Shown in pieces: positions 62,852-64,000 of a stretch of 64,000 bases of DNA (within the stretch, counting starts at the first letter, position 1; every line of letters starts with the position of its first letter). The DNA is from an uncultured Ignavibacteriales bacterium (GTDB taxonomy: Bacteria; Bacteroidota; Ignavibacteria; T3Sed10-11): positions 12,112 through 76,111 of the forward strand of contig CAZBUK010000002.1 in the NCBI GenBank assembly GCA_964495085.1. The letters run 5' to 3'. Position numbers and translations under genes: made by a program. The notes beneath the pieces were generated by a model. It saw only the letters and a list, made by a program, of their open reading frames with translations. It did not search any database and was not told the DNA's origin.

Positions 62852-64000
62852 ACTTCGTTCAGTTGATCGATGATACCGAGCGCGACGGCAAGTCCCGGCC
62901 GGTCGCCCGCGGATGCATCGAGGTGGACGATCAATTTGAGTTTTTTTTCTATTTCGTGCACCCGGGCGCGAACTCCTCCGAGCGCCGGAACTTTCATGAT
63001 GATATTTTGGAATACCCGGCCGTCGTAATATTCCCGATCGTCCACATCGGGAAAATCGAAGACCAGATGCTTCGATCCGATGTCGATCTTCGAAAAGCCG
63101 AAAGCTGTTGCCCGTATTCTGAGCCTGATGACGTTTAACAGCGCATCGGCCTCGGCGGGCGGAGGTCCGAACCGGTCGCGCAGCTCCCCTGCCAGCTCAT
63201 CGAGCTGTTTCTCTTCGCTCATCGAATAGAGTCTGCGGTACAACTCCAGCCTTTCGGGATCGAAGGCTACATACGAATCAGGGATGAAGGCGCTCACTCC
63301 TGCATTGACGGTGGTGAGTTCGGCGCGAAGTCCGCCGTCGGGATGAACATCCGGGAAGAGATCGCCGAATTCTTCTACCTTAAGCTCTTTCACCGCATCG
63401 TCGACCAGCCGTTGATAGAGGTCGAACCCGACCTCGTCGATGAATCCGCTCTGTTCGGCTCCGAGCAGATTGCCCGCGCCGCGGATTTCGAGATCGCGCA
63501 TGCTCAGATTAAATCCCGAGCCGAGCTCGGTAAACTCCTCAATCGCCTGCAACCGCCTCAGCGCTTGCCGGTTCATCGTCGAAAGCGGCGGCGTCAGGAT
63601 ATATGCATAGGCCTGGATGTTCGATCTTCCGACTCGTCCCCGGAGCTGGTAGAGCTCAGCCAGTCCGAATCGATCCGCCCGCGTGACGATGATGGTATTC
63701 ACGCTGGGAATATCGATCCCCGATTCGATGATCTTGGTGCTGATAAGAACGTTGAATTTTTTCTCAAGGAAATCCACCATGGTCTTCTCGAGCTCGCGCG
63801 GCCGCATCTGTCCGTGCGCAATGCGTACGAGCGATCCGCGCGCCAGCTCACGGATCTTTTCTGCAACTGTCTCGATATCAATGACGCGGTCATGAATGAC
63901 GTACACCTGGCCGCCGCGGTCCAGCTCCCGCACAATCGCTCCGCGTATGACGTCGTCCGAATAGACCGCTATTTCGGTTATGATCGGCAGCCGGTTCTTA
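62848..64000 (-). CDS. mfd: transcription-repair coupling factor Mfd, C-terminal part (helicase C + TRCF domain); 5' portion lies beyond the window end
   Basis: Helicase motif …LAELYQLRGRVGRS… and the TRCF C-domain. The frame is open up to nt 64000. Confidence 0.85.
   Translation of the reverse strand, partial: KNRLPIITEIAVYSDDVIRGAIVRELDRGGQVYVIHDRVIDIETVAEKIRELARGSLVRIAHGQMRPRELEKTMVDFLEKKFNVLISTKIIESGIDIPSVNTIIVTRADRFGLAELYQLRGRVGRSNIQAYAYILTPPLSTMNRQALRRLQAIEEFTELGSGFNLSMRDLEIRGAGNLLGAEQSGFIDEVGFDLYQRLVDDAVKELKVEEFGDLFPDVHPDGGLRAELTTVNAGVSAFIPDSYVAFDPERLELYRRLYSMSEEKQLDELAGELRDRFGPPPAEADALLNVIRLRIRATAFGFSKIDIGSKHLVFDFPDVDDREYYDGRVFQNIIMKVPALGGVRARVHEIEKKLKLIVHLDASAGDRPGLAVALGIIDQLNEV

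Overview
This 64-kb window looks like a chromosomal segment from a high-GC (roughly 58-60% by eye), Gram-negative-type (diderm) bacterium. It is densely coding, with about 56 protein genes. I found no rRNA, tRNA, CRISPR array, integrase or transposase. Many long antisense ORFs in the six-frame track are GC-driven artefacts. The layout falls into four blocks. (1) nt 1-9.2 kb: a 5'-truncated multihaem cytochrome c with at least seven CxxCH motifs, a PAP2 membrane phosphatase, a secreted tandem-PDZ protein, a LemA/HtpX-like M48 protease pair, and a hypothetical-rsmA-mgtE operon on the minus strand. (2) nt 9.3-27.1 kb: a surface-polysaccharide locus. It contains a GtrB/DPM1-like GT2, two further GT2s, gmd-fcl for GDP-fucose, two MOP-type flippases, an orphan rfbA, two FkbM methyltransferases, a CgeB-like GT, a GT4, an 826-aa YfhO-family GT-C membrane protein, a UDP-glucuronate-decarboxylase-like SDR and a YbbR-domain protein. 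(3) nt 27.1-37.2 kb: an exported beta-helix-repeat protein fused to an Omp85-like C-terminal barrel, a Bacillus-type lysine 2,3-aminomutase (KamA) preceded by a tandem-repeat 8-Cys small protein, a translationally coupled hutH-add-sixA-rlmI string, and two small convergent outer-membrane beta-barrels. (4) nt 37.2-64 kb, housekeeping: uvrA, ldcA, purN-purH, mreB-mreC-mreD-mrdA-rodA followed directly by a LonC-like Lon-family protease with a degenerate Walker A, then dnaX, a tandem Usp, lon, a metallophosphoesterase, thiL, a TlpA-like/anti-sigma/ECF-sigma/M14-peptidase module, and the 3' part of mfd. The observations I would look at first are: the beta-helix-Omp85 fusion; the Cys-repeat protein next to kamA; the GtrB-like plus YfhO periplasmic glycosylation pair inside the polysaccharide locus; a CT-rich tandem repeat in that locus; the rlmI-like gene whose conserved N-terminus has no canonical start codon; the LonC-like protease appended to the rod-shape operon; and a tandem palindrome pair with no obvious target gene.
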